From Candidatus Hydrogenedentota bacterium (GTDB lineage Bacteria > Hydrogenedentota > Hydrogenedentia > Hydrogenedentales > SLHB01), in NCBI GenBank assembly GCA_963674865.2, contig CAXXYE010000010.1:1-64000 (forward strand): a DNA stretch of 64,000 nucleotides, read 5' to 3'. This document shows positions 31,791-40,742 of this stretch, piece after piece; position 1 is the stretch's first letter; each line of letters opens with the position of its first letter. The notes beneath the pieces are model-generated. The model saw only the letters and a program-made list of their open reading frames with translations. It was not told where the DNA came from and made no database searches. A program made the position numbers and the translations under genes.

Positions 31791-31797
31791 TAGACAA

Positions 31798-32829
31798 TTA
31801 CTCCCCAGTAGTTTGGCCGATATCCGGCGATGGCGCTTCAGGCGCCGGTTCCCTTACCTGTACACCCCTGAGCGAGACGCCCAAGAGTTTGATGAACCCC
31901 TTCGCTGCGGAGCGGGTGAGCGACACCGTCGTGGTTCCCCAAGGTGAGAACTCCGCGCTGGGTGGAGGATTCCCGGCCGACACACCGAAGAGCGCGTGAT
32001 CCACCGGATCGTCGACGAACAAGACAAGCTGCGTGCGCATCGGCATGCCCGCACGGTACCGGTGGCCGAAAGCGATGGCCCAGCGAGCGGGCTTCACCTC
32101 TCGCCGGAGAACCTGCAGCCGCGCATCTTGCGGGCCGAGCGGACTCGCCTCCGTGTCGAATCCTAGGAACGCATCTTCTCCAAAGGAGGCCGCATACGGG
32201 ACGGGCCCGAAGAAACGACTGTAGATTCCCTGCGACTGATCTCGTGAGCCCGGCGTCACGAATGTTGGAATACGGCACGTGTCGAGTACGCCCAGGAAGG
32301 CGCGGAACGCCTCAGCGGAGCCATCGGCAGTGAGATCGCCCGAGATCAATACGGCGGAAGCTGGCCCATCATTGAGTGCGTCGATCGTTTGACGAAACAT
32401 ATCGAGGGAAGCCCCGGCATCCTCTCCCGCCCCGACGCGCGTGTCGGCGATATGGGCCAGGAGGTAGTATTCGTCGAAAGCGGCGCGGACGAACACCGCC
32501 CTGCTGCTGACGTCGCTACGCCCGGAATCGGGAGTCGCCTGCAGGTCGTAGCTCCCCGGGGGCGTATCCGCGGGAAGGGTGCCCCGTACCGCGAAACGCC
32601 CCCCCGGCAAGGTGCGCGATTCCGACGCCACGGCAAGTGTCCGCCCCTCCCCGACTAGCTGTAGCGCAGCCTCTTGGGTGAGCACCGCCTCCACCACGCC
32701 GCCCGGCGTAACGACGGCCGGCTGCCCGCTGTTCGGCGTAACGATCACGTCCAAGGTACCGTCCGGCTGCCGGGCGCTTGCCGTAGCGGCCATGAGGAGT
32801 GCGAGTGCAGCGATCCGCCGCGTCATCAC
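31798..32829 (-). CDS. Secreted metallophosphoesterase-fold protein with degenerate motifs
   Basis: Signal peptide; HIADT, SGDLT and TPGSRD at the DxH / GDxxD / GNHD positions. Confidence 0.65.
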   Translation of the reverse strand: MMTRRIAALALLMAATASARQPDGTLDVIVTPNSGQPAVVTPGGVVEAVLTQEAALQLVGEGRTLAVASESRTLPGGRFAVRGTLPADTPPGSYDLQATPDSGRSDVSSRAVFVRAAFDEYYLLAHIADTRVGAGEDAGASLDMFRQTIDALNDGPASAVLISGDLTADGSAEAFRAFLGVLDTCRIPTFVTPGSRDQSQGIYSRFFGPVPYAASFGEDAFLGFDTEASPLGPQDARLQVLRREVKPARWAIAFGHRYRAGMPMRTQLVLFVDDPVDHALFGVSAGNPPPSAEFSPWGTTTVSLTRSAAKGFIKLLGVSLRGVQVREPAPEAPSPDIGQTTGE

Positions 32830-33953
32830 GACCTCCCCGGCCGCCAGGCTGGCGCGATGTCATCCCCAAGGTGGTCCGTTAGCTGCTTCGTCATCCCTGA
32901 GGCGATGTCGGTTGCGAAGATCTCCGGATTGCCCGTGCGCGTCGACGTGTAAGCCACCCAGTGCCCGTCCGGCGACCACGACGGCCCCCAGTTATCCGAA
33001 TCCGGCGTAACCGCAATCGGGAATACGCGAACCGTGCCTGCGTAAACCCGGTACACGCCGCAGCGGCCGTCCCGAAAGGACTCGAAAGCCACCCATTTCC
33101 CATCCGGCGACCACACCGGATTCCAGTCGGCCGCGCGATGATTGGTGATATCGATGGTGCCCTTCACGAAATCCAGAACGAAAATCTCTCGATCCCCGCC
33201 GTCATTCGACTCGAAGGCGATCTTCTTGCCCTTGGGGTGTTGCTCAACGCCCCATTCGACGTAGGCCCCGGATGAAGGTATGGCCCGCTCCGAAATGATG
33301 CCCGCCGCCACCAGATCGGGAATGGCAACAGCCCGATCCTCGATCACAATGAAGATGTCCGACGACGGCTTCTCCGCGCTGCCCGTGGCCCCCACGGCCA
33401 GCAACACGGCATTGGATTTCGCCGCGGCCTCCAAGAAGGCCGCCAGGTCCGGATGCTCCGAGAAATCCCCGCCCACCAGGGCCTCATAGATCACCCTTGG
33501 ATTGAGCCAAGCCGGCCGCATCAACCCGGGCCTTCCCTGGGCCCAGGGCGTCTCGCGTCCCGATTCGAGATCGTACACCCAGATGCCGGCCTCCACGCCG
33601 CTGCCCGCCGCATAAGCTACCTTCTTACCGTCAGGCGACCACCGCGGCGCGCGATTCACCATGCCCGGACGGCCTACCTTTCGTGAAGAGCCGTCATGGA
33701 CTGCCAGCAGCCGGATCGAGGTCCCCTCGCTATCCCGGGATGTGTAGGCAATCCATTCTCCGTCCGGCGACCACACAGGCGCCTCGCCGCACGCGTCGGA
33801 TGCCAGTTCCCGTACCGTGCCGCGGCCCGCATTCAGCAGGCAGAGTCGCTGCCCATCCGAGACGAACGCCACCTCTCCTGTGAGCTCCACGGCGCGGCAC
33901 CCGACTCCGACGAGGCACACCGCTACCGCCAGAGATATTCTCAAGGCCATCAT
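32826..33953 (-). CDS. TolB-like PD40 beta-propeller lipoprotein
   Basis: Lipobox GVGC; repeated PxWSPDG..IAY/F. Confidence 0.88.
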   Translation of the reverse strand: MMALRISLAVAVCLVGVGCRAVELTGEVAFVSDGQRLCLLNAGRGTVRELASDACGEAPVWSPDGEWIAYTSRDSEGTSIRLLAVHDGSSRKVGRPGMVNRAPRWSPDGKKVAYAAGSGVEAGIWVYDLESGRETPWAQGRPGLMRPAWLNPRVIYEALVGGDFSEHPDLAAFLEAAAKSNAVLLAVGATGSAEKPSSDIFIVIEDRAVAIPDLVAAGIISERAIPSSGAYVEWGVEQHPKGKKIAFESNDGGDREIFVLDFVKGTIDITNHRAADWNPVWSPDGKWVAFESFRDGRCGVYRVYAGTVRVFPIAVTPDSDNWGPSWSPDGHWVAYTSTRTGNPEIFATDIASGMTKQLTDHLGDDIAPAWRPGRS

Positions 33954-34342
33954 GCGGGGGATTGTAACACATGGCCATTGGCCAACCTAGCCCGCCTATT
34001 CCACTCAAGCCTATGCTCGAAACGCTGTTTGACCCTATGAATACGGGCCAGATCATGTCTGGCGCACAGCTTTGCGCGGTAGCGTTTCGTCACCTGGGCC
34101 TGGCCCGGCCACCGGGCGTCAACGAGCCCGACATCCCAGCAAACACAAGGTGGAATGTGCGGGCCGCCCGGGACTCATGGAATATCCGGGCAAGATATCC
34201 AAGCGGATGCCGCAGGCAACCGCGTGTGAGAGATCCAGTGTAAGCTCCCCAATGCACGCCCATGTTGCCCGGCAAGGGCCAGTTTGCAGGGGCGAACCAC
34301 ACGGCACCTCCTCATTTTCGCCGCCTGGCCTGCGTGCTGTCG

Positions 34343-34372
34343 TTGACAGTCAAGCGGCCGGTGTGGTACTTT
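34343..34372 (+). promoter_or_regulatory. Putative sigma70 promoter TTGACA-18-(TGg)TACTTT
   Basis: Consensus -35 and extended -10 100 bp upstream of the prepilin-like gene. Confidence 0.5.
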
Positions 34373-34471
34373 GACAACTGGCGGTATGTACACTGTTTAC
34401 AAACAGGTTACGCGAGTCGTGCGATGCATTTTGCTGATTCGGCAAGCAGGCCGGGCAAAGGGGGTTGGGTG

Positions 34472-35611
34472 ATGGCTACACACGAGAGAAGCGGTTTCAC
34501 GCTCATTGAACTCTTGGTGGTTATTACCATTATTAGTATTTTAATGGCGATGCTGCTACCTGCCCTCGTACGAGCCCGAGAGCAGGCCCGTAGAATTCAG
34601 TGTGCAAGCAACCTCCGGCAAATGGGCATGGTCTTCTTCATGTTCTCGGACGAACACAATGGCCTTTTCCCGCCGGCCCATCCCAACAACTACTGGGGAG
34701 AGCCCTGGCTTTGGGAGGAGGTCACCACGTATATGGATGGCGAAGGCTACCGGGAGATTCCGAACCTTATCCGGAATAACTACACCTTCGATCTTGAGTC
34801 CATCTATCCGGAGTACCTGGATGATACGAACGTGTTGATCTGCCCCTCCAAGCCTACGTCACTGCTCGAAGGAAAGGATGCCTGGTACAGAGATGTAACC
34901 TTTGCTCCCGAGCACATCGACTTCGACCGTACCATCTTTCCCGACGACTACTTCCCGGAAGATTTCGACTTCAACGAGGCCTATGACCTCACCCAGATGG
35001 CCGGCCTGCAGAAACCCCGTCCCGATCCTGACTGTATGACCAACCAGACGTATTTCTACATGCCTTATGCCGTCGTCACTGAAGAGCAGGCCCTCTATCT
35101 GTGGGATGAACTCGACCGGCGCATGTGGGAGGGCGAGGTCGATTTCATGAAGCGCGAACTCCAAATTGACGAGTACCACGCCCCCGGCGGAGGCAAGGTG
35201 TATTACCGGATGCAGGTCAATATGGGGCCCCACTTCATCAGCGATGTAAACGACGCCGCCCGCGGCGTCGTCTCAGATTCGCAGATTCCCGTCCTGTTCG
35301 ACGCCTTCTCCGATGATGGCCTGGCGAGGCTGAACCACATGGAACCTCCCGGAGGCAACATCCTCTTTCTGGATGGACACGTGGAGTTCAGGAAGTACCC
35401 CGACAAATACCACCGCATCCCCTATACACCGGACTTCGTGGACTGGGCCCGCGCAAACACCTATGACGACCTTCCCCTGACGAACGTACCGCCTTGGTGC
35501 GGCAACCGCAACAACGACACTGCGTTCGAGCCCCGTTATTGGTATTACCCCAACGACCCCGAATACCAAGATTTACTGCTGGATTTTATCCCGAATCCTT
35601 TCCTCGAGTGA
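34472..35611 (+). CDS. Prepilin-type N-terminal cleavage/methylation protein, DUF1559 / H-X9-DG family
   Basis: GFTLIELLVVITIISILMAMLLPALVRAREQARRIQCASNLRQMG and NH..GGNILFLDGHVEF; start re-called at ATG 34472. Confidence 0.92.
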   Translation: MATHERSGFTLIELLVVITIISILMAMLLPALVRAREQARRIQCASNLRQMGMVFFMFSDEHNGLFPPAHPNNYWGEPWLWEEVTTYMDGEGYREIPNLIRNNYTFDLESIYPEYLDDTNVLICPSKPTSLLEGKDAWYRDVTFAPEHIDFDRTIFPDDYFPEDFDFNEAYDLTQMAGLQKPRPDPDCMTNQTYFYMPYAVVTEEQALYLWDELDRRMWEGEVDFMKRELQIDEYHAPGGGKVYYRMQVNMGPHFISDVNDAARGVVSDSQIPVLFDAFSDDGLARLNHMEPPGGNILFLDGHVEFRKYPDKYHRIPYTPDFVDWARANTYDDLPLTNVPPWCGNRNNDTAFEPRYWYYPNDPEYQDLLLDFIPNPFLE

Positions 35612-35690
35612 CGGATTCGGAGCAAGGCTGATTGGGTCCGCCGTTGAGCGCGATATCGGCGCCTTACCGGCAAAGAAGGAAAGTGAAACG

Positions 35691-37334
35691 ATGAAGCACC
35701 GACTGCTGCTAACGGGCCTTCTGGTCGTCGCATGCCTGACGCTCGCCGCCACGGATGCGCTCGCTTGGGGGCCGAACGCCAAGAAGGCCATTACCGGAAC
35801 GGCCGTCAAGGTTGTCCGGAGAACCTTCTCCGACCTGTTCGAAACGGATACAGTCAGCTACGAGGACGAGGTCTTTCAGGGCGCGTTGGATGGCCCGGAA
35901 GCCCTCGGCGACGTGTTCTTTCTCAAGTCCGACGCTCAAGCTATCGAGGCCGTCAGCAATCAGATCGTTCTCCTCCGAGAGATGCGCAAGTACGGTGTCG
36001 GAAGCTATATGTCCTATCGCATGGGTGTCCTGGCTGCCCTTGTCTCCGACCTCATGCTTCCCTTCGCTGTCAACTACTCCCCCGAAGATGCGCGTCTTCG
36101 CGAGCAGGTCGAAAGCGACATTGACGCGCGTGTCCGCGAAGATACCTTCCGATATCAGCCCGGCGAAGAGCGCCGGCAACTCGTCGTCAATGCGCACGAT
36201 TACTTCGGCGGAAGGCGTGTATTCTTCGACCAGAACCGGCGGATAATTCGCGATGACTATGCCATAGGAATAGGTTATAACGGGTTCTTGAAGAAGGGCG
36301 CCGAGATGTATTTCGGCCGATCCATCGACGCTGTGGCCAACGTTTGGTACAGCGTGCTCGTCCACACCCGCGAACAGCAGTTCCCCCAGCCATCAAAACA
36401 AGCCACCACGTGGTATCTCGTTCGTGAGATCGAGTTCCTCATCGAGAAAAAGCGCCCCCTTGCCGAAGTCGAGGTCGCCTGTGCCCATTTCGAGCAGGAG
36501 AACCCAGGCGACTTCGACGCCATCGTCCGCGTTGGCGACATCTTCTACAATAACGGATATACAGACCGCGGCGTGCGCGAATGGGAGATCGCCTACAGTT
36601 TCGACGGACCACACCGCACTCCGGTTGGTAAGAAGCTATCGGCTCACTACATTGGAGTTGGCCAGGCCCTCATGGCGTCTGCTGCGAGCCCGGCCCCTAA
36701 GGAAACCGACCTGTCCAACGCTTCCAATGCTTTCCAGCAGGCCCTCGAATTCGACCGCACCAACGCCGATGCCGCAAGATTGTTTAATGAAGCGGAAGCC
36801 GCCAAGCGACGTCGCGAAGAAGAACGCGAAATGGCCATGAAATTCGTCGCCGCGGGCGAGACCCTCATGAACGAAGCGTGGCGCAGCTTCTCCGCGGGCA
36901 AAGATCCCGGCCACGCCATCTTCTCCTACAATCAGGCCATCATGGTGCTCAAGCAGGTCGATGATACCTTCGCCGAACAGAAGAAGGCCGCTGACGCCAG
37001 GATCTCGGAGGCCGGCAAGAAGATCACCGATGTCGTCAACGCCGTCTTGAGCAGTGCCGAGGAGGCCATCGACGCCGGCGATGAACTCGTCGATCAGAAC
37101 AAGTTCGACGAGGCTATTGCCCGCTACGAGAGTGTCGCGAGGCTCGTCAGCGTCATTCCGGACTTCGTGAGCGATATCCACAAGAGAGACAAGGCCGACA
37201 CGCTCGCGCTCGCCGAAGAGCGTCTTCGCACCGCCCAGAGCAAGAAGGCGCAGTGGGAGCGGCAGCAACAGGCTCAACAGGCGCCTGCGGAAACCGGCGG
37301 CGAGTCGGGCGGGAAGAAGGACGACTTCTTCTAG
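35691..37334 (+). CDS. Secreted protein: N-terminal PLC/P1-nuclease-like helical domain plus TPR-like repeats
   Basis: Signal peptide ending ALA|WG; helical repeats (FQQALEFDRTNADA, KFDEAIARYE). Confidence 0.55.
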   Translation: MKHRLLLTGLLVVACLTLAATDALAWGPNAKKAITGTAVKVVRRTFSDLFETDTVSYEDEVFQGALDGPEALGDVFFLKSDAQAIEAVSNQIVLLREMRKYGVGSYMSYRMGVLAALVSDLMLPFAVNYSPEDARLREQVESDIDARVREDTFRYQPGEERRQLVVNAHDYFGGRRVFFDQNRRIIRDDYAIGIGYNGFLKKGAEMYFGRSIDAVANVWYSVLVHTREQQFPQPSKQATTWYLVREIEFLIEKKRPLAEVEVACAHFEQENPGDFDAIVRVGDIFYNNGYTDRGVREWEIAYSFDGPHRTPVGKKLSAHYIGVGQALMASAASPAPKETDLSNASNAFQQALEFDRTNADAARLFNEAEAAKRRREEEREMAMKFVAAGETLMNEAWRSFSAGKDPGHAIFSYNQAIMVLKQVDDTFAEQKKAADARISEAGKKITDVVNAVLSSAEEAIDAGDELVDQNKFDEAIARYESVARLVSVIPDFVSDIHKRDKADTLALAEERLRTAQSKKAQWERQQQAQQAPAETGGESGGKKDDFF

Positions 37335-37396
37335 TAGCCGCAGTTACGGGCCGGACTTCTAGGCCGTTATCTTCGACTCACAGTGACGACTCACCC

Positions 37397-37435
37397 AGCC
37401 GCTCCAGAGCCCCGGGCTCTTAGGGCGGCTCTTTC
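37397..37435. terminator. GC-rich hairpin between convergent genes
   Basis: AGCCGC..AGAGCC/GGCTCT..GCGGCT followed by CTTTC. Confidence 0.5.
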
Positions 37436-37471
37436 ATTGCCTGCGATGTGCGCGTTCCCTCCTCACTCCCG

Positions 37472-38314
37472 CTATTCCGGAGGGTGGCCGCGCTTGCGTG
37501 CCTCAATCGCCTCGGAGCGGCCTTTGGTGAGCGTGCGGGCAAGGAACCGGACGCTACGTGGGAAGTGACGTGCCGCGAACGCCATCATTTTCCCGTGGCC
37601 CGTGATTACGGCCTCGAATTGGCCCCTGTGAATGGCGCGCACGATTTCCCGGGCGGCCTTATCCGTGGGCCGACACAGCCATCGAGGCGCCGAATCCTTC
37701 CGATCCGCGTGATACACGCCATCGTTATCGACGCTCCGGAACTCGCTGGCCACCACCCCCGGATTGATGCACGTAACATCGATCCCCAGCTCCCCCAACT
37801 CATAGTAGAGCGACTCTGCGAGGCCGCATAGAGCGAACTTGCTTGCGCAGTAGGCCGATGTCGTCGGCGCACCAAGGCGGCCGAGCACGCTCGACACAAC
37901 GCCCAGCCGGCCGCGCGACGCCTTGAGGTGCGGCAGCACAGCGTAGATGGTGTCAATCACGCCGAACACGTTCGTATCGAACTGCCGGCGGTAGTCGGCC
38001 GTTGTCAAGGCCTCGAAGCGGCCGCTCACGCCAAAGCCCGCGTTTGCCACGGCAACGTCGAGCCCCGCGAACGCCTCCACGGCCCCGGCAACGGCCTCGT
38101 CAATACTGCCCCGATCCGTCACGTCGCATTTTACCGAGATGGCTTCTGCCCCCATTGAGCGGACCTGATCTCGAACCGCATTGAGCCGATCGCGGCGCCG
38201 CGCTGCCAGGACCACTCGCCCGCCTTCTCGCCCGAATTCGAGGGCCAAGGCCGCACCGATACCCGAAGACGCCCCTGTGATGAAAATGGCCTTTCCCTCG
38301 AATCGTCGCGCCAT
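37472..38314 (-). CDS. Short-chain dehydrogenase/reductase
   Basis: TGASSGIG, ANAG and YCASK. Confidence 0.93.
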   Translation of the reverse strand: MARRFEGKAIFITGASSGIGAALALEFGREGGRVVLAARRRDRLNAVRDQVRSMGAEAISVKCDVTDRGSIDEAVAGAVEAFAGLDVAVANAGFGVSGRFEALTTADYRRQFDTNVFGVIDTIYAVLPHLKASRGRLGVVSSVLGRLGAPTTSAYCASKFALCGLAESLYYELGELGIDVTCINPGVVASEFRSVDNDGVYHADRKDSAPRWLCRPTDKAAREIVRAIHRGQFEAVITGHGKMMAFAARHFPRSVRFLARTLTKGRSEAIEARKRGHPPE

Positions 38315-38696
38315 ATCCTAGCTCCTTCATGCACTCCCGGGCGCCGCCTATCGCTAGGCTTCCATACGACCTGTCGCTGCGGCGTCCCCAGCAAGCAACG
38401 TTTCGATAATAACATCGCGCAGCCGTCAGGTCCTATCCATTGCTGCTATTTCCTTTGCCCTTGAGTCCGTTCTGGAAACGATGACGAGCACGCACCGGCG
38501 TAGCCTCTGCGCGCAAGACGTCGTGATTTTCCGTCGTCAAGACTACCGCGATAGAGATAAAAGTGTTTCTTCGTGTCTTTGTGACTTGGCGGTGAAAAGG
38601 CCCTGCCCGCTGCTTTGCGGCCTGCCTCCCGAAGTGCCTCCTGTGCTAGACTGCTCACCAGTGGGACGGCGGAAGCACCTGGGAGGACCCTTTATT

Positions 38697-39680
38697 ATGC
38701 GAACGCGCGTGTTGGGCAAGACAGGCCTGGCGGTAAGCGAACTTGGCCTCGGAGGTTTGTTTGTGTCGAAGGTGGGCGGGGCCTTCGAGCAGGGGCGGAA
38801 AGCTATCCACCGGGCCCTCGAACTCGGCGTGACCTACATCGACACGGCGCCGGGCTATGCCGACAGCGAAGAGGTCCTTGGCAATGCGCTGGAGGATGTG
38901 GACGGGCCGGCGATCCTCTCCACAAAGCTGGGCGGCCGCCCCCAGCCCTTTCTCCCGCAAGATCGCGACGGCCTCATGCGCTCTGTTGAGGAGAGTCTGC
39001 GCCTTCTCAAACGGGAGCACATCGATATCCTCATGATCCACGAGCCGGATCGCCCGAGGCAGTACGATTGGTGGGGCGATTGGGAGTCATTCGATGGCCC
39101 CGTGCTCGAGCTGATGGCGGACCTCAAGCGCGATGGCGTGATTTCCTACACGGGCCTCGGAGGAACGACGGCCTACGAGCTGGCGCGGATCATACGCACG
39201 GGGAAGTTCGACGTGGTTCTCACCGCGTTTAACTACAGCCTGCTTTGGCGCGAGGCCGGACACGAGGTATTGCCCGCCGCGAAAGAGCAGGGGATGGGCA
39301 TTATCATCGGTTCGCCTCTCCAGCAGGGCGCGCTGGCCTGCCGCTATGACGAAGAGATCGAACACGGCGCGCCGTGGTTAAGCAAGCCGCGCCGCGAGCA
39401 GTACCGAGCGCTCTACCGTTTACTGGACGAAGTGGACATGCCCATTGCCGAAGTCGCTCTGCGATTCGCTCTGTCCAATCCTGACGTGGCAACGGTGCTA
39501 ATGGGAGCGCGCTCGGAGAAAGAAGTCGACCTCAACGTGGCCGCCGCGGAACGTGGGCCCCTGCCCAAGCCGCTCCTCGAACGATTGGACGAGATCGCGG
39601 CGATGGTTCCGTTTCGCCCGTTCGAGGAGCCTTTTGGTTTGCCCTTTGGCCGGGACTACCGTGGCCCAGGGCCGGCATGA
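38697..39680 (+). CDS. Aldo/keto reductase
   Basis: LGKTGLAVSELGLG, IDTAPGY, LSTK and IHEPD; RBS GGAGG before ATG 38697. Confidence 0.92.
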   Translation: MRTRVLGKTGLAVSELGLGGLFVSKVGGAFEQGRKAIHRALELGVTYIDTAPGYADSEEVLGNALEDVDGPAILSTKLGGRPQPFLPQDRDGLMRSVEESLRLLKREHIDILMIHEPDRPRQYDWWGDWESFDGPVLELMADLKRDGVISYTGLGGTTAYELARIIRTGKFDVVLTAFNYSLLWREAGHEVLPAAKEQGMGIIIGSPLQQGALACRYDEEIEHGAPWLSKPRREQYRALYRLLDEVDMPIAEVALRFALSNPDVATVLMGARSEKEVDLNVAAAERGPLPKPLLERLDEIAAMVPFRPFEEPFGLPFGRDYRGPGPA

Positions 39681-40726
39681 TGAAAGCCGCCATAGTCGAG
39701 AAGCCCGGCGTGCTCACTGTGCGCGAGGTGCCTACGCCTGCCCCGGGCGACTACGAAGTCCTTTGCGCGCTGTTATACGGCGCGACCTGCACGGGCACCG
39801 ACCAACACATTATCCACGGCCGGATGCCCTGGCCCATCGATTATCCCGCGATCCTGGGACACGAAAGCGTGGGCCGTGTCATCGCCGTAGGCCCGCGTGT
39901 CCGCAACTTCCGTGAGGGGGACTTGATCACGCGAGTCGGCGCCCCGCCTGCGCCGGACGGGAGCTATGGACTGGCCTGGGGCGGCTTCGCGGAGTATGGC
40001 ATTGCCCGCGACCACCGGGCGATGCGCGAGGATGGCCGTCCCCAAGAGGAGTGGAACAACTACCGCGTGAATCAGGTTGTTCCACCGGACATCGATGCAG
40101 CGGCCGCAACCCTCATCATCACATGGCGCGAAACGCTCAGCTACGTTTCAAGGATGGGCGTCGGCCCAGGAACGGCGGTGCTCATCATCGGCTCCGGCGG
40201 AAACGGACTAGCCTTCGCGGCGCACGTGAAGATTCTCGGCGCCGGGCCGATTCTCATGACGGGGAGTCCGGCGCGTGAAGCGGCCGCGCGGCGCGTGGGC
40301 GTGACAAGGTACTACGACTATCACTCGCCATCGCTTGCTGAGCAGATGGCCGATGACGTCGGGGAAGGGGTCGATTTCGTGATTGATGCCGTGGGAAGGT
40401 CGGGCCAGATCGACAGGGCCCTACCCCTCTTAAAGCCCGGAGGATGCCTAGGCCTGTACGGTATCGACGACTTCGACGGTGCGCCGGTGAACCTGCGCCG
40501 TGCGCGGGGCGGCTTCACCTACTTCAGCGGCGGCTGTGACGAGGAGGAAAGCCACGAACGGGTGGTGGCTTTCATGCAAGAGGGAATGCTCGACGCGTCG
40601 ATATGGCTGGACGGCGAGTGCGTCTTCCCCTTGGGGGAAATCGGCGCGGCGTTCGATGCGCTCCGTGAGCGCAAGGCCGTCAAGGCACTCGTGGCGCTCT
40701 CCCCCGAGCGGCATTCGGAAGCATGA
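39677..40726 (+). CDS. Zinc-binding (MDR) dehydrogenase
   Basis: CTGTD, LGHE and IIGSGGNG; lacks the four-Cys structural zinc lobe. Confidence 0.88.
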   Translation: MMKAAIVEKPGVLTVREVPTPAPGDYEVLCALLYGATCTGTDQHIIHGRMPWPIDYPAILGHESVGRVIAVGPRVRNFREGDLITRVGAPPAPDGSYGLAWGGFAEYGIARDHRAMREDGRPQEEWNNYRVNQVVPPDIDAAAATLIITWRETLSYVSRMGVGPGTAVLIIGSGGNGLAFAAHVKILGAGPILMTGSPAREAAARRVGVTRYYDYHSPSLAEQMADDVGEGVDFVIDAVGRSGQIDRALPLLKPGGCLGLYGIDDFDGAPVNLRRARGGFTYFSGGCDEEESHERVVAFMQEGMLDASIWLDGECVFPLGEIGAAFDALRERKAVKALVALSPERHSEA

Positions 40727-40742
40727 CGGCTGGAAGGAACCG

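Noticed and set aside
34187..34217. GGGCAAG..ATCC-AAGC-GGAT..CGCAGG resembling a c-di-GMP-I riboswitch
   Set aside because: Lacks the GNRA tetraloop and the GACGCAAA/P3 elements; the resemblance is too weak
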